DNA of 64,000 nt, from assembly GCF_032444005.1 (NCBI RefSeq), contig NC_091290.1, positions 153,636,001-153,700,000 on the forward strand. The letters are read 5' to 3'. The translations under genes and the position numbers were made by a program. Of the stretch, positions 62,116 through 64,000 are shown piece after piece. The notes under the pieces were generated by a model. The model worked only from the letters and a program-made list of their open reading frames with translations. It searched no databases and was not told where the DNA came from. Numbering within the stretch: position 1 is the stretch's first letter; each line of letters starts with the position of its first letter. The stretch comes from Ranitomeya imitator. Lineage: Eukaryota.

Positions 62116-62546
62116 GTGCCTTTCCTCTGATTTTTCGGCTCCTGATGATTTTCATAACAGGAGGAAAATAATCCCATGACCTCTGCAGAGAAGGGCGAGG
62201 ACGAAACTGCGGCTGTGACCAGGGGCCCTCTTAGAGGGTGCGACAGCGACCTGGCCCGTGCGTGAGGAGCTCGCCAATCCCAATTTTACCTGGATGTTCA
62301 TCTCTGGGCGCACATTTTGGTGAAATGTATTATGGCACAGAGACCTGCTGGCTCCCTGCGCTGCAAAACACGCCGCCGGCCTATCAGAGGCTGCCGCCAG
62401 ATGGCCAGTGATGCCCGACACATGGCAAAGATGTCATTCTGGCACGCTGAAGTCAGCTGCCGGCTAATGGGCTGACTACAGAAGAGGACACCGCACAGGG
62501 TAGGAGTGGGGGAAGGCTAGTAGAAAAACAGCAGGGGCCCAGGATG

Positions 62547-62968
62547 GAGGGCATTATACCAGGATGTAGGGCGTTATACTAGGATGTGGGGCGTTATACC
62601 AAGATGGAGGGCGTTATACCAGGATGGGGGGCGTTATACCAGGATGGGGGGGCGTTACACCAGGATGGGGGGCGTTACACCAGGATGGAGGGCATTGTAC
62701 CAGGATGGGGACATATATACTAGGATGGGGGCATTATACCAGGATGGGGGGGCGTTATACCAGGATGTGGGGCATTATACGAGGATGTGTGGCGTTATAC
62801 CAGGATAGAGGGCATTATACCAGGATGTGGGGCATTATACCAGGATGTGGGGCGTTATACCAGGATGGAGTGCGTTATACCAGGATGGAGTGCGTTATAC
62901 CAGGATGGAGGGTGTTATACCAGGATGGGGGCATTATACCAGGATGTGGGGAATTATACCAGGATAGG
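62547..62968. repeat. Minisatellite, 19-21 bp unit (GGCGTTATACCAGGATG(G/T)GG)
   Basis: About 20 visible copies. Confidence 0.93.
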
Positions 62969-63124
62969 GGACATATCAGTGATGCTGGAGTATGGGCAGA
63001 GTCCCCCCACATCCACACCTCAATGATGCTAGATTATGGAGAGATTACCCCCACATCTGCACCTCAGTGATGCTGGAGTGTGTCAGAGTTCCCCTACATA
63101 TGCACCTCAGTGATGCAACAGATA

Positions 63125-64000
63125 AATCCACCAAACGCCTTCTCCAATAATAAACACCAACAACGTCCAGCCATGCAGTATAAGCTAGCTCTGACAATGA
63201 GTGCTAGCCAGGACCCAGATTATATAGGAGATGAGAGTGGCTAACAGTGAACAGCTGAGAGCCTTAATGTAGGAAACCTTTCAGGAGCAGATTAACCCCT
63301 GCACTGCCAAAATAATCCTGCCCCATTCAATAAGAAGGTCAAGTGCTTCTAACCAGTGCAGGAGTAAGAGAAATCAGATGCTGCAGTTTTCTGGCTCCTG
63401 TCTATTGCGGTAAACCCGTGACAGTACCCCCCTTCTACGAGGGACCTCCAGAATCTCAGAACTGGGTTAATCAGGGTGTGCCACGTGAAAAGACCGGATC
63501 GGCCTGGCTGCATGAACATCAAATGCTGGTACCCATTTCAGGACCGTATCCCTTCCAATGTACCAGATACTGAAGCAACCGACGAACTAAGCGAGAAGCA
63601 ACGATTTTTGCTATCTGAAATTCTAAATTTCCATGCACCATAACTGAAGATGGCGGTAGCGGTGATGGTACAGAGGACGCAACGTATTTCTTGAGCAGAG
63701 ATCGATGAAACATTATGGATCCTAAAAGTGGGCGTCAAAGCAAGGAGAATTGTTACGGGATTGACGATGACCACAATCTTATAAGGACTGATGAACCTGG
63801 GACCCAGTTTCCAAGAGGGAATCTTCATCTTAATGTTCCTTGAGGACAACCACACCAAAGTCACCAACACACAGGTCCTATCAGGATCCTGTCAGCATCG
63901 GCTAACTGCCACGGCTGAGCAGGGTGACTCAACCACACTGCGGGAGATCCCAGGGTCAGATGCTGCGGGGAAAGCTCAATCAGACGTGACCTGAGCAGCG
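63125..64000 (-). mobile_element. Gypsy (chromodomain-type) LTR retrotransposon 3' remnant: integrase C-term/chromodomain, PPT and partial 3' LTR
   Basis: Minus-strand WKLGPRFISPYKIV...FHRSLLKKYV...FQIAKIVASR...LQYLVHWKGYGPE; PPT AGAAGGGGGGTAC followed by TGTCA (LTR start at 63423). Frameshifted; the left LTR limit is approximate. Confidence 0.85.

Overview
This is a eukaryotic vertebrate window. It is most likely a frog, inferred from exon sequences and repeat types (T2/TTAA MITE, Penelope-like and L2-like remnants). About 40 of the 64 kb (rough estimate) are intronic or intergenic minisatellite arrays from about 14 unrelated 19-45 bp unit families, and almost all long ORFs in the supplied track are artefacts of these arrays. 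Three real genes can be assembled by hand from GT-AG exons. (1) WTIP exon 1 (minus, 12384-13287); the remaining LIM-domain exons lie left of the window. (2) A complete 17-exon UBA2/SAE2 (minus, 31136-42818, 635 aa). (3) A complete 13-exon type-B carboxylesterase (plus, 48436-62069, 550 aa) with signal peptide and catalytic triad but no HXEL ER-retention signal. Transposon debris includes two solo LTRs with target-site duplications, a Chapaev3-like transposase fossil, a palindromic TTAA MITE, Penelope-like RT and hammerhead-ribozyme remnants, an L2-type 3' tail and a chromodomain Gypsy 3' end. The most unusual observations are: the WTIP exon-1 splice donor amplified into five copies (the second in frame, +68 aa); a UBA2 intron-9 array made of about 50 complete 3' splice-site-like units; a 10.4-kb satellite resembling an L2 3' tail; and minimal hammerhead motifs. 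No prokaryote-type system (CRISPR etc.) is present.
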